Notes: a model not told the origin generated them from the letters alone. Counted from the whole stretch's first letter, positions 1 to 12,934 are shown. The stretch is DNA of 63,937 nt, filler included, from Lama guanicoe (GCA_013239625.1; 152 parts of 152 records of this genome joined end to end with filler, not necessarily neighbours in it), one strand, 5' to 3'. Numbers and translations are program-made.

Positions 1-100
1 GTTGAGTCACTTGCCCTTGGACACACAGCTAGCAAATGGCAGAGATGGGATGTGAACCCAGGCAGTCAGATCCCAGGGCTCACACTCTTAACCACTGTGC
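1..100 (-). mobile_element. MIR SINE fragment
   Basis: GTCACTTGCCC..ACACAGCTAG..TGGCAGAG..GGGATGTGAACCCAGGCAG resembles the reverse complement of the MIR tRNA-like/core region. Confidence 0.8.
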
Positions 101-107
101 TCTCCTG

Positions 108-158
108 GCCTGGCATCTGGTAGGTACTCAATAAATGCCTGCTGAGCAGACGAATGAA
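108..158 (+). mobile_element. L2 LINE 3' end
   Basis: CCTGGCA..GTAGGTACTCAATAAATG..GAATGAA, a typical L2 tail. Confidence 0.7.
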
Positions 159-320
159 CACATGGAGAGCAGTGCTGGAGGACACAGGGGCTTCTGATCC
201 AGCTCCTTCCATCAGTGCCTTGGCTTGTGAGGGGCCCCTGAGGAGACCCTGGACCCAGTGGGCAGTGGGCGGAGCCCCTAAGCCCACTGCCCCACACACA
301 CACATCCCTACCCCCCCCCC

Positions 321-420
321 NNNNNNNNNNNNNNNNNNNNNNNNNNNNNNNNNNNNNNNNNNNNTTAATTAATTAANNNNNNNNNNNNNNNNNNNNNNNN
401 NNNNNNNNNNNNNNNNNNNN
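321..420. other. Artificial contig-joining linker N44-TTAATTAATTAA-N44 (first copy; recurs every ~420-423 nt to the end of the window)
   Basis: Identical 100-nt unit. The 12-mer (365-376) is palindromic and has TAA at offsets 2, 6 and 10, giving stops in all six frames. It is embedded in Ns and the flanking sequences are unrelated. Confidence 0.98.
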
Positions 421-849
421 AATACATTATTAAAAGTGATAATACAATTTTCAGCATTTTAGATTTACCGCTTTTCTTTGAAAGAGGCATTGCTGTCTGT
501 GATATCCTCGACTTCATGGAATGAAGTGAGCATAGATTTTAGATTTGGATAATTGTTTACAATTGATACAGTCTTAACTTTATACACATAAAAACAATAA
601 ATTAAGTGGTCTGCTTCAAATCATACATCTAAGTTGGATTCTAGCTGACAATCCCATAAGATTTATTTATTTCCCAGGAGCATAATATGTGGTTGAAGGT
701 GGACCCCAGATCATCCACCATTCTTCTAATTAGATGCAATNNNNNNNNNNNNNNNNNNNNNNNNNNNNNNNNNNNNNNNNNNNNTTAATTAATTAANNNN
801 NNNNNNNNNNNNNNNNNNNNNNNNNNNNNNNNNNNNNNNNAAAAAAGAG

Positions 850-1160
850 TTTGTGTGCCCGAAGCACAGAGGCCAAACAAGCCGAAACGCTGGAGCAGAG
901 AAAGGTTTATTGCAGGGCCGAGCAAGGAGAACGGGCGGCCTGCTTGAAAAATCCAAACTCCCCCACGGTTTTCCAGGAAAAGGTTTTATAGGCAAAATGT
1001 GGGGTGGGGGCTGCAGGGTGTGTGACTTTCTTCTGATTGGTTGGCGATGAGGTCACAGGGCAGTGCCCCAGGAGCCCTGTGCTCAACCTGATGCTGTCAC
1101 CCTCCCCCTGAGTTGGGGCCTGAGTTCCTGCAGAGGAGCTCAAAGATGTTGTTATGTGTG
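850..1160 (-). mobile_element. ERV LTR fragment
   Basis: On the minus strand TATAAAA (984-990) lies ~80 nt upstream of AATAAA (905-910), with CCAAT further upstream; U3-R-U5-like layout. Confidence 0.6.
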
Positions 1161-1343
1161 NNNNNNNNNNNNNNNNNNNNNNNNNNNNNNNNNNNNNNNN
1201 NNNNTTAATTAATTAANNNNNNNNNNNNNNNNNNNNNNNNNNNNNNNNNNNNNNNNNNNNCTCAGGTTGCCTGTCATTCAGGTAAGAATTGGCCTTTCAA
1301 TATGAAAGAAACAAATCCTGAATGTTTTCAAAATCACGGTGAA

Positions 1344-1429
1344 GGGGAGGGTAGATAGCTCAGTGGTGGCACGCATGCTTAGCATGCACGAGTCGGGTTC
1401 AATCCCCAGTCGCTCCATTAAAATAAAGA
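1344..1429 (+). mobile_element. Vic-1-like tRNA-derived SINE (camelid)
   Basis: GGGGAGGGTAGATAGCTCAGTGGT (A box)..CATGCTTAGCATGCACGAG..GGGTTCAATCCCCAGT (B box), then an A-rich tail. Confidence 0.8.
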
Positions 1430-1504
1430 ATGGACTTCTCCAAAAAGAAGTGAAAATAGATTCCTCAGGTGACCCAAACTGAAAAACAAAGCAAAACACT
1501 ATCT

Positions 1505-1580
1505 GGGGGGAAGGGTATAGTGCAGTGGTAGAGCGTGTGTGCCTAGCCTGCACGAAGTCCTGGGGTCCATCCCCAGTAAC
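1505..1580 (+). mobile_element. Vic-1-like SINE, second copy (truncated by contig end)
   Basis: GGGGGGAAGGGTATAGTGCAGTGGTAGAGCG..GCACGAAGTCCTGGGGTCCATCCCCAGTA. Confidence 0.75.
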
Positions 1581-1680
1581 NNNNNNNNNNNNNNNNNNNN
1601 NNNNNNNNNNNNNNNNNNNNNNNNTTAATTAATTAANNNNNNNNNNNNNNNNNNNNNNNNNNNNNNNNNNNNNNNNNNNN

Positions 1681-2000
1681 AGGGAGATGATGCAGACGTT
1701 GGGAGATGACGTCGGCTTGGGAGGGCATGCGGACTTCGGGAGATGATTTGTACTTTGGGACATGATGCGGGTTTAGTGTGGTGAGATCAGCTTTGGGACA
1801 TGTGGGCAGGGAAACGTGATGTGGGCTCGGGGATTCGATGCGGGCTGGGGAGATGATACGAATTGGGGAGACTATGTGGAATCGGGGAGATGATGTGAGC
1901 TTGGGAAAATCATGTTGGCTTGTTGAGATAATGCGGGCTTGGGGAGATGATTGGGTTTGGGGAGATGATGCAGGCTTGGGTAAATGATGCGGGCCTGCAG
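1681..2000 (+). repeat. Degenerate G-rich tandem repeat, ~19-20 bp unit (GGGAGATGATGCGGGCTTG-like)
   Basis: GGGAGATGAT and variants recur throughout the contig. Confidence 0.85.
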
Positions 2001-3629
2001 NNNNNNNNNNNNNNNNNNNNNNNNNNNNNNNNNNNNNNNNNNNNTTAATTAATTAANNNNNNNNNNNNNNNNNNNNNNNNNNNNNNNNNNNNNNNNNNNN
2101 CTCCAGGCTGGCCCAGGAGAGCTGCCATGGAGAAAATTATGAGATGAATTAAACTTTAATCTGATTTTTATTTGGTTTCAGCAACCAATAAAGAGCCTGC
2201 AATTTTCCAAGTCCTGTCACTGGTTGGAGGAATGCTTTGAGAACATCTGTTTTATTAACGGCAGCGACAATAAAAGCCAATCCTATATTTGTAGATGGTC
2301 TGCCTTCCAAGGCCCTCTAAGCACTTCCACTGATCTTATCTGCTCGCCCTTCCCGCAGTAGTCCCAGAGAAATGGTGTTGACTTGTAATTAAGCTTAACC
2401 GCTGACCTCTTCTGCAGCTCNNNNNNNNNNNNNNNNNNNNNNNNNNNNNNNNNNNNNNNNNNNNTTAATTAATTAANNNNNNNNNNNNNNNNNNNNNNNN
2501 NNNNNNNNNNNNNNNNNNNNTATATTGTATATATGTATATATATGTATGTAGTATGTGTGTGTAAATTTTATAATCTACATTATGTAATACTGAATATTA
2601 TTTCTAGAAAATTGACAAGAAAGGTTATTGCTGACGCCTCATATGTCAGTATAGCAGATGATGTAACATGTCTTACAAAGCCTTTCAGTTTTCCTAAAGA
2701 CTAATGGAGAAACTGGATATTCCATCACAAATATACCACACAATTTAAAAGAATATTTAAAAACACTTTCTCTTTTGGATCAATAGCTTCGTCCTTATAC
2801 ATCACGTTCAGTGTGCAGAGAGGGCTCACATTGGCATGGANNNNNNNNNNNNNNNNNNNNNNNNNNNNNNNNNNNNNNNNNNNNTTAATTAATTAANNNN
2901 NNNNNNNNNNNNNNNNNNNNNNNNNNNNNNNNNNNNNNNNCTCCTGCTCACCTGCTCCATCCCCCTGCCACAGGGGCAGGTGCCCATCCCCGCCCCCCAG
3001 AGTCCAGCGCTGGCTCAGGGTGAGTGCTGGTGCTGAGGGGACCCAACACCCCGGGTCCCCTCAGCAAAGGGGGCCCCAGACCACCCTGTGCTCCCCAGGG
3101 CTCCCTCCTAGAGCCTTTCACAAAAAGGAACCTGAGGCCCCACCTCCTTCCCAAACCCGCCCTCACCACCCAACCCCTCCTTAGCCAGATGGAAAGTCAC
3201 AGCCCACATGTTTGTACATATATCAGAAAAGAGACTTTCATATGATGTCATCTCACATTANNNNNNNNNNNNNNNNNNNNNNNNNNNNNNNNNNNNNNNN
3301 NNNNTTAATTAATTAANNNNNNNNNNNNNNNNNNNNNNNNNNNNNNNNNNNNNNNNNNNNCATGATGGAAAGGCAGGTGAGCAGACCAGAAACCTTCCCT
3401 CAGTTCATTTTAGAAGAAGAAAGCAGACTTGGGTTGGCAAGCCACCGATCAAGGGGAAATGCATTATAAGAAGGATCTGAGGCAAAGAGAAAGGTGTCAC
3501 CAGGTAGCCAGGCTCTTTTCAGCCCACTGTGTACAACAAAATGGCAACCAGCTCACGTGGACCCGGGCAGGTAGGCAATTCAAGGAAGGTGAGAGAAGCA
3601 GTCATCGTCCTTAATCAAGAAAGAGAGCC

Positions 3630-3680
3630 TTTAATTCAACACCCATTTATGATAAAAACTCTCGCCAAAGTGGGTATAGA
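3630..3680 (+). mobile_element. LINE-1 ORF2 fragment at contig end
   Basis: Encodes IQHPFMIKTLAKVGI, an L1 reverse-transcriptase segment. Confidence 0.8.
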
Positions 3681-5509
3681 NNNNNNNNNNNNNNNNNNNN
3701 NNNNNNNNNNNNNNNNNNNNNNNNTTAATTAATTAANNNNNNNNNNNNNNNNNNNNNNNNNNNNNNNNNNNNNNNNNNNNAGACTGACCTCATTAACAGA
3801 GATTGGTACAGTCCAGAGAGCACGTGACCCGTGGACATACAGGAATTCCACTGCGGTTTAAGATGGTGCCCCTGAAGCAGGGTCATCACCTGGGCCTGGC
3901 CCTGGGCGGGGCAGGGAGGTGGCAGCACTGGGCCAGCGGGGTGAGGGCTTCAGTGGGTGGGGAGCCGGAGCAGGAGACTGCAGGTAGGGCGACTGCACTC
4001 CCTCAAGGGCTGTAGTAAAGCAGCTGCCCCACAGAGCTACGCCTTGGTCCCTGGGCTGTGCTGAGAATTTAAATTATGGGATGGGGACAAAAGGCGCAGT
4101 NNNNNNNNNNNNNNNNNNNNNNNNNNNNNNNNNNNNNNNNNNNNTTAATTAATTAANNNNNNNNNNNNNNNNNNNNNNNNNNNNNNNNNNNNNNNNNNNN
4201 AAAGATAAGAGCAACCTAAGAAAAGTTAATAAACTGTCTGACATAAAAAATAGAGGAAGGGTTAAAGGGAATGTTGAGATATGATATAGTGAAAATATGA
4301 AAGTGTTGTATACAATATACATGAAAATGCTACTGAGTTGTTATTAGTATTATCATCCCTAATATAATGTTTATCTACAGAGACCCACCTGGGAGAACTG
4401 GTTGACTCTAACATGGATGGAAATTGCTTACATTATGAGCCTCTGCTTTCCAAAGTGGAAGACAGACAACACTCTCATTCTCAGACTATCCAGGGGGGAG
4501 GCATGTGATTTAGATTCTGTNNNNNNNNNNNNNNNNNNNNNNNNNNNNNNNNNNNNNNNNNNNNTTAATTAATTAANNNNNNNNNNNNNNNNNNNNNNNN
4601 NNNNNNNNNNNNNNNNNNNNTCAGGCTGCTACCGAGTTTAGTGATCTGGGAGAGGCAGTTGTGAATCTATTTTTGGGTTAAAAGTGGAGGCAAGATGGAT
4701 TACCTCAGCCTGGGAGACAACTTAATTGTACACTTTATCTTTATTTGGAGCTATTAGGTTTTAATCAAGGTCATTTTGCTAAATGTTTTGAACCCAAATA
4801 AGATTTTAATTTGTGAAACAACTGAATTACAGAAAAAAAGAGAATCAGATGAACAGGGGTTCAAACAAATGAATTGAGAATAGCTCATTTCTGTTTAGTG
4901 AATGGAGGGAAAGGCAGGGTGACACCCGAAGGGCTCTTGCNNNNNNNNNNNNNNNNNNNNNNNNNNNNNNNNNNNNNNNNNNNNTTAATTAATTAANNNN
5001 NNNNNNNNNNNNNNNNNNNNNNNNNNNNNNNNNNNNNNNNCCCACAAACTTCAGGCTGGTAATAAATGATACACTGGGAAACAGGGAATTGATAATACAT
5101 ACTGATTTCGAACTCTGACTAAAATTTCAGTTTAAATCTACACTTAGGAATTTTTTATATTCTCTTATGTCATATCAATTTAAATAATATCCAACTCACT
5201 GGGGCATAAGGAATAATGCTAATATTAAAGTTTCTATTTAATATCTGCTAATTGCACATGAAGGGGTTATATCAGCTGCATTTAGGGTATTTTTTATTTA
5301 ATTTTACTGTATTAGAAAATCTGTGAATTAAGTCTCCTGAAATTATTGCTTTTAAATATTNNNNNNNNNNNNNNNNNNNNNNNNNNNNNNNNNNNNNNNN
5401 NNNNTTAATTAATTAANNNNNNNNNNNNNNNNNNNNNNNNNNNNNNNNNNNNNNNNNNNNTTTTTTTTTTCTTTTCTTATTTATCTTTTATTTCTTTAAT
5501 GAAGGAAAC

Positions 5510-5781
5510 TGTATTCGTTTTTCACTGCTGTTGTATCCCACTGTCACAAGTTCAGTGGCTTTAAACAACCACCATTTATGATCCTGCAGGTAGGCAGGTC
5601 AGAGTCCAAGATGTTGAACCTGGATTCCTGGCTGAGAGTCTCATGAGGCTGAATTCAGGGGCCAGCTAGCGGGGCTCCTCACGGGGGCCGCCAGCCTTCT
5701 TACAGCTCTTGTGTGTTACTGTCGGGACTCAGCTTCTTGGGATTAGAGGGCTGAGACCCTTGTATCCTTGCTGGCTGTCAG
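5510..5781 (-). mobile_element. MaLR MLT1-type LTR
   Basis: TGTATTCGTTT..CTGCTG..CACAAGTTCAGTGGCTTTAAACAAC..CATTTAT, a typical MLT1 terminus in reverse orientation. Confidence 0.65.
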
Positions 5782-6722
5782 NNNNNNNNNNNNNNNNNNN
5801 NNNNNNNNNNNNNNNNNNNNNNNNNTTAATTAATTAANNNNNNNNNNNNNNNNNNNNNNNNNNNNNNNNNNNNNNNNNNNNCACAAATCCTTTCTTCTAG
5901 GCATAGGCTATGCAAATACTTGTCTGCAGTTTTGCAGAAAGAAGAACTAGTGAATGTCTGAGCTCAACAAAAATGTCACATCCTGCTAATGCAAAAACTT
6001 TCCATTTTCTTGCACTCCCAAACTCATCTCTAGGTCAAATCTAGCACCTCTTTTCTGAAAATATACTTGGGATTTCTCCTCAAAACCATTCAAATGGTCA
6101 CCTCACTAAAAAAACAAACAACAAAAAAATGTGGCAGGTATTCACATAAATAATCTCAGGCTGTTTCTTTACTTTTCTTTTCTGTCTCTCTTTTTAAAAA
6201 ANNNNNNNNNNNNNNNNNNNNNNNNNNNNNNNNNNNNNNNNNNNNTTAATTAATTAANNNNNNNNNNNNNNNNNNNNNNNNNNNNNNNNNNNNNNNNNNN
6301 NCCGGAACTTGTCCCACGCCACACAGAAACGAGGGCTCCTGGGACACTCCCGGAAGGAAGCATTTGAAGCGCTGAAGGCGAACACGCAGAGACAGGGCAG
6401 GTAGTCCGGGGGGGACTGCGAAACCAGGCAAACCCAAAGATTCCAACAGCCACACCATCACACCCAGTTCTTGCAAAGAGCTTGGATCTTTTTAAATTCA
6501 AGAAACAATACAAACCCAGTGACTTGATGTTTGTCTGATTTAAGTAAATGTTGGAAGCTGGGGGCGGGGGGAACCCGCTCTGTGAAACTCAGCCTGGGAG
6601 AAACTGCTGGACACTGTCTTCGNNNNNNNNNNNNNNNNNNNNNNNNNNNNNNNNNNNNNNNNNNNNTTAATTAATTAANNNNNNNNNNNNNNNNNNNNNN
6701 NNNNNNNNNNNNNNNNNNNNNN

Positions 6723-7042
6723 ACTCCACTCCACCCCTCCCCCAGTCTGGGCTCCAGTTCTTTGTCTCTCCATCCTTCTTGATGCCTTTCTTCTACATCT
6801 TTTCGTGCCGACTCTTTCTCCTTCCATCTGTCTTTCTTCTCCTTCCATCTCTCTTTATATATGTCTTGTCCTAACTGTTCTATCTCTCGTTCCTTTCCCT
6901 GTTTCCCTCTCCTAATCTGTCTTTTTGTGACATTTCCATCCCTTTGTTGTGAATTTTCATCCCTTTTGTGTCTTTCAGCACTGCATCTGTCTCTCTACAT
7001 TTTGTCTTCTTTCTTTCTCTCTTTCTTTCTTTCTTTCTTTCT
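6723..7042. repeat. CT-rich low-complexity sequence ending in (TTTC)n
   Basis: Pyrimidine-rich throughout, with a TTTC tetramer run at the end. Confidence 0.85.
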
Positions 7043-8826
7043 NNNNNNNNNNNNNNNNNNNNNNNNNNNNNNNNNNNNNNNNNNNNTTAATTAATTAANN
7101 NNNNNNNNNNNNNNNNNNNNNNNNNNNNNNNNNNNNNNNNNNATTGAAAGGCACCCCAAGTACAATAAAATTATAACAGATTAAGTAGCTCTCAGACAAT
7201 GACCTGCTCCGTTGAGCTGACCGACCTGATGTGACCTTCTGCTACTCATGCATTGAAGCTGGTCACCCAGACAGAGGAAGTCTTTTTGCCATCTCAGTGT
7301 TAGATAAATCTTAGGATCTTCTCCAAAAGCATAGAGAAGGAAGTTAGAGGTAAAGGAGAGAATTTATAAATTGCAACACAATAGCACATGTTCAAACAGC
7401 CTTCTTATTTCTTCCCTGTAAGTACCTGGTATTCTCCACCGCATTGACAGCATCCTGTCCGGANNNNNNNNNNNNNNNNNNNNNNNNNNNNNNNNNNNNN
7501 NNNNNNNTTAATTAATTAANNNNNNNNNNNNNNNNNNNNNNNNNNNNNNNNNNNNNNNNNNNNTTTGTTTGTTTTGAAGAACTGCTTGGGGATTGGTGGT
7601 ACAGTGATGGGAAGGGTGCTTGCTACAATATTATTCCTTTGGATTACCAGTTCTGATTATCTTAGTGACATTGCAAGCAGAACATTTTTTAAAAATTAAT
7701 AGAAACTTTCCTAACTAAAATATTCCAAATTACATCCATTTTTGCAGGAAATGATAATTATGTAAAGCAAAGAAATTAGAAAATGAGAAAGAGCTCTATG
7801 AGCATAGAGATTTCAGCACAGACATGCACTATTCTCCTGGCACTCATTAATATTATGTGGCTCTAACTGTGTGCATGTGTGTGTNNNNNNNNNNNNNNNN
7901 NNNNNNNNNNNNNNNNNNNNNNNNNNNNTTAATTAATTAANNNNNNNNNNNNNNNNNNNNNNNNNNNNNNNNNNNNNNNNNNNNCTTCTGTCAGATAAGG
8001 ACACCAGAGTCCCGTCCTAGCCAGGACCTGGCTTCTTCGGAACCCTTAGTACCAACAGGTAGAAGGCCAGGAAGGTGGGGTCCTATTCAAGGAAATCCAC
8101 ATGAACAGTTCAGCCTCCAACAAATCACTGCATGGTGGTTGTTAGGTGAGGCAGGAGCCGAGGCTAGCCTAAAGTTCAGAGCAGCTTTCTGCCCATTAGA
8201 GCGTCGGTACACGGTATGAAGCCTTTGGGGCCCTCCCCTGCCGCCCCTCCTGCCTTTCGCTGGCCTCAAATCTGGCCTTGTTGAGTAAGTCCCTCAGCAG
8301 CTCTGNNNNNNNNNNNNNNNNNNNNNNNNNNNNNNNNNNNNNNNNNNNNTTAATTAATTAANNNNNNNNNNNNNNNNNNNNNNNNNNNNNNNNNNNNNNN
8401 NNNNNGGATCAGGGTTTTTCCTCAAATAAGCAATCATTTGAGATACAACAAAAACCAGTAACATCAACCTACCAACACTAACAGTCCTCACAGCGCTATT
8501 CAACATATATCTGTACATCTGGCTGAAATTCTCCATATCACTACCTCTATTTTTATGAATAAATTAAAAATGAGGTTTTAAACATAGACAACAACTGTCC
8601 AATGATCACTAATCCTGATAGTCACACCATTACTGCCCTTAACGTTCATTCTATCAGAGCTGGAGTAGGAGTTCAGCTTAATATACACCAAGGGCTTTCA
8701 AATGTTCAAGGAGGTACAATTTAATTNNNNNNNNNNNNNNNNNNNNNNNNNNNNNNNNNNNNNNNNNNNNTTAATTAATTAANNNNNNNNNNNNNNNNNN
8801 NNNNNNNNNNNNNNNNNNNNNNNNNN

Positions 8827-8906
8827 ATATATATATATGAATCACTATGCTGTACACCAGAAATTAACACGACATGGTAAATTGACTATACTCCAATTTT
8901 TAAAAA
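8827..8906 (+). mobile_element. LINE-1 extreme 3' end
   Basis: ATGAATCACTATGCTGTACACCAGAAATTAACACGACATGGTAAATTGACTATACTCCAAT followed by an A-rich tail. Confidence 0.8.
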
Positions 8907-9667
8907 GTGCATTAGAACACACACAAAAACAACTCAGTAAATTCCACAGAGTAGAAATATCATAATTCAGTAAAACTAGAAATTGCAAATATTAGGAACA
9001 AAACTAAAATTTGATAATTAAAAAACTTTAAAAAGTCTATTTGTTCAAATAAATGAGTAAAATTGTGGAATAGGAAGTTCCAAACTCTTGTTTCCCCACA
9101 GAAATGTTGGGGGGGAAATACATGCAGAAACTTTCTGAACCAACTTNNNNNNNNNNNNNNNNNNNNNNNNNNNNNNNNNNNNNNNNNNNNTTAATTAATT
9201 AANNNNNNNNNNNNNNNNNNNNNNNNNNNNNNNNNNNNNNNNNNNNCCCCCCAGCCAAGCCAATGAGAAGGAGGCCTCCAAATGAGCCACAACCCATGTC
9301 ACCTGAACAGCATTTCAAAATAGGCTGGTGTTGGGCTGGAGGGGATACTGTCTGCAGGGACAGGAGCCTGGGATCCTCTCGGACCACACAAAGCAGGGAC
9401 CCCACCAGGACACAGGAGTGGAGGCCAGTTCATGTGAGGCTCTGCAGGGAAGTCCATGCCAGGGTGTAACCAAATTTCCCCAAAGGGAGGGGACCTTGGG
9501 ACCAGGGAGTCCCCACCTCTGGTGATTTTCCCGGTGGGGTTGGTGACCCTGCTGCTGCTGCTGCTGCNNNNNNNNNNNNNNNNNNNNNNNNNNNNNNNNN
9601 NNNNNNNNNNNTTAATTAATTAANNNNNNNNNNNNNNNNNNNNNNNNNNNNNNNNNNNNNNNNNNNN

Positions 9668-9863
9668 CGTTTCTGTGACACATCTACCTCCCAGTAATGT
9701 TTTCCTGTTGTAATAAATGGGGAGCCTAGGACACCAGGGTCTTGAAAATCACCATTCAAATATGCATTGGATTGTCCAAAAGTATGCACATAACTCATTC
9801 GACTTCCATCCGCAGAAATGACAACATTTGATTTACGCTCTGGAGGAGTCAGGGTCACAGGAA
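9668..9863 (-). CDS. Partial terminal exon of a TRIM5/6/22/34-family gene (B30.2/PRY-SPRY domain)
   Basis: Acceptor ...GTTATTTTTCAACAG|TTCCTGTG at 9864/9863. Open frame (V)PVTLTPPERKSNVVISADGSRMSYVHTFGQSNAYLNGDFQDPGVLGSPFITTGKHYWEVDVSQK; GVLGS..IT.GKHYWEVDVS.K is the TRIM5-clade motif. Confidence 0.88.
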
Positions 9864-12669
9864 CTGTTGAAAAATAACAGCACTGTGAGGGATATGATGT
9901 AGTTTTATTTGTGAAGCCGTGGAAGGGATCTTTAGAAGAACTTTAAGGGAAAGAAAATATGTTTGTGTTTGTGTGTGTTGGGAGGGGANNNNNNNNNNNN
10001 NNNNNNNNNNNNNNNNNNNNNNNNNNNNNNNNTTAATTAATTAANNNNNNNNNNNNNNNNNNNNNNNNNNNNNNNNNNNNNNNNNNNNTCAGAGTGCAGG
10101 GGACAAGAGGAAAGGAATGGTAAAATTAATACTGACAGTTGAAATTTTGTTTAATAGCCTGCTACTGTTAATAGTATCACTTGAATATATGCAGGTGTAT
10201 TTCAATGAGGATTTATAGGTTCACACAACCACACCAGCCACTCTTGCTCCCATCGGAGATGGGGTTTCTCAAACACAGTACCCCTCCTGCTTGGGTGGGC
10301 CGCGCTGTTGGTCCTCGCCTGGTGCCAGGCTGTTACAGGACACTGAGTCCCCGAGGCATGGCCTGGGAGACATGACAGGAACATCTCTGCTCTTGAATGG
10401 GGGCCTCCNNNNNNNNNNNNNNNNNNNNNNNNNNNNNNNNNNNNNNNNNNNNTTAATTAATTAANNNNNNNNNNNNNNNNNNNNNNNNNNNNNNNNNNNN
10501 NNNNNNNNAGGATGTGAAGCCTGAAAAAGTCTGAGGGCACAGTGGCTGTCTTTAAACATTTAAAGGGCTGTGGGGTGGAGAGAGCCTCAGGCCACTGTAT
10601 CCCAGGCTAAGGGCCCTTGGAGCTGAAGGGATCTCATCTCACACATATGGGCCCTGAGGCCCTGGGGGCCAACTCCTTCAGTAAAAGCCTGGAAGGGAGG
10701 GAGAGGTGAGTCAGGGCAGGGGCCCTGGGACCACAAAGGACTGAGGAGGAGCAGCAACTGATGTCTGCAGCCATGACAGGGAATGCAGCCAGGACCCTGG
10801 GACCGAGCCAAGTCAGGGCCCCTCAGCACNNNNNNNNNNNNNNNNNNNNNNNNNNNNNNNNNNNNNNNNNNNNTTAATTAATTAANNNNNNNNNNNNNNN
10901 NNNNNNNNNNNNNNNNNNNNNNNNNNNNNTCACCCCAACCCGGCCCGTGGGCTCATCTAGCTCTGGAAACTCCAGAGCGGTCTCTGTCTCTTCTCTGAGG
11001 GCTGCAGAAGGCCTCACGGTGCACATTCCGTGCCCGGCCCGCGCTGCCCGTCTCCCTCTTCTCTCTCCTCCTCCCCCCGTTTAGTCTTTCTCATGCGTTT
11101 ACTTTATATTTTATTTTCTTTTGCTTTGCAGTGTGCATTTCTGTCAGCATGAATTTTGGGCATAAAATCACGAGAGCAGGAGTAGTCACAGTGACACCGG
11201 CGAGTACACCGTCATGTGGTCCACAGCACACCCCTTTACCTAATCCTGCANNNNNNNNNNNNNNNNNNNNNNNNNNNNNNNNNNNNNNNNNNNNTTAATT
11301 AATTAANNNNNNNNNNNNNNNNNNNNNNNNNNNNNNNNNNNNNNNNNNNNAAAAATGTAAAATAGTTTAACGTGTTCTTTAATAATTATGCCTTTTCAAA
11401 GAGAAGAAAGCTCAAGCCTCAATATTGAGAAAAGCAAACGTGAGATCATTCCTGTTTCAGCAGAAATTCTCCCTGAATCCCTCACCCAACAGCGTTACTT
11501 GAGAATTTAGCTGAATGCTTTCTATGCCTCGGGAGCTGTGAACAATGGCAACAAGGAGAGCAAATAATAATTCCAGGTCCTTTAACTTTCAAAACACAGT
11601 AACACGATACTTCCCAGTTGATATTAACAAATTTAACTTGTCTGATACTTTCAGTGGAAGAACCTAACATCNNNNNNNNNNNNNNNNNNNNNNNNNNNNN
11701 NNNNNNNNNNNNNNNTTAATTAATTAANNNNNNNNNNNNNNNNNNNNNNNNNNNNNNNNNNNNNNNNNNNNATACTTAGTACTTTTAAGAGTTAAAAAGA
11801 GAAAGGACAGAGAAGAATGTAATTTACACTGTAGTGGCTGGGCCATGCCTAAGGTCTGCCTTCCTTCCAAGGGCATAGTGGCCCTGGCATCGCTAGATCT
11901 TCTGTGCCCTTAGTGGCAAAGCTGCCAATTTGAGAGTCAACACTGTAGGTGAATGTGACAACAGAAGACCAGCAGAGACAGAGGCAGTGAACTGACTTGC
12001 AGGCAGTGCTCCCTGTTGTGGAGGAGAATTTGGACCTTGGATTTCTTACTCCCAGGAGTCATAACTGTGATCTGTTTTTCCCTTGATGGATGNNNNNNNN
12101 NNNNNNNNNNNNNNNNNNNNNNNNNNNNNNNNNNNNTTAATTAATTAANNNNNNNNNNNNNNNNNNNNNNNNNNNNNNNNNNNNNNNNNNNNAGCTCAGC
12201 TAAGGTTCAAAGTGGAATCAAGTTTGAGGATGCAACTCCAGAGCCTGGATTAGACATGAACACTGGAGACATATGACCTGGTTTTTGAAGTATTTGTTTT
12301 TCTTGGTCGGGGGTACCCTGAGAAGATGACCCTGTATCGGTTCAGCTTTAGAATTCAGAAAGGCTTAGAATCTAAGACTATGATTGCTTTTGATTTCTAT
12401 TGTTATTGTTTGGTTTCTGTTGTTTCAAACTGCATATTTATGAAACAGATTCATAATACCAGGGACATAGCATGCTAAAGAAATCATACTGATTCTAAGC
12501 TACCGAAATTTTANNNNNNNNNNNNNNNNNNNNNNNNNNNNNNNNNNNNNNNNNNNNTTAATTAATTAANNNNNNNNNNNNNNNNNNNNNNNNNNNNNNN
12601 NNNNNNNNNNNNNGCAAGCACGTGTACACCCAGAGAGATTTCACATCAGAGGGAATGACAAATCTGGTT

Positions 12670-12934
12670 ATGATACCGAGGCCAAACTTGTTCTGCTCAG
12701 TGTACAGCAGTGATAAATAAATAAATCAGGAGACAGGATTTTTGGGAAAGGAAGAGTAACTTTATTCAGAAAACTAGCAGACAAAGAAGATGAGGTACTA
12801 ATGTCCTGGAGAATCATCTTGCCCAAGTCAGAATTAAGGCTCCTTTTAAACTAGAAAGGGGAGGGGGTGTGGTTGGTTGTGCAACCTTATTGCCGCAGGC
12901 ATTCTTTGTTCTTGCAGCCATCCATGTGGGTCAG
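12670..12934 (-). mobile_element. Probable ERV LTR fragment
   Basis: Minus-strand AATAAA and TAAAA signals in an LTR-like arrangement; composition similar to 850-1160. Confidence 0.5.

Noticed and set aside
1344..1429. tRNA-Ala gene
   Set aside because: Degenerate stems, 5' G-rich extension, A-rich tail and multiple diverged copies indicate a SINE.
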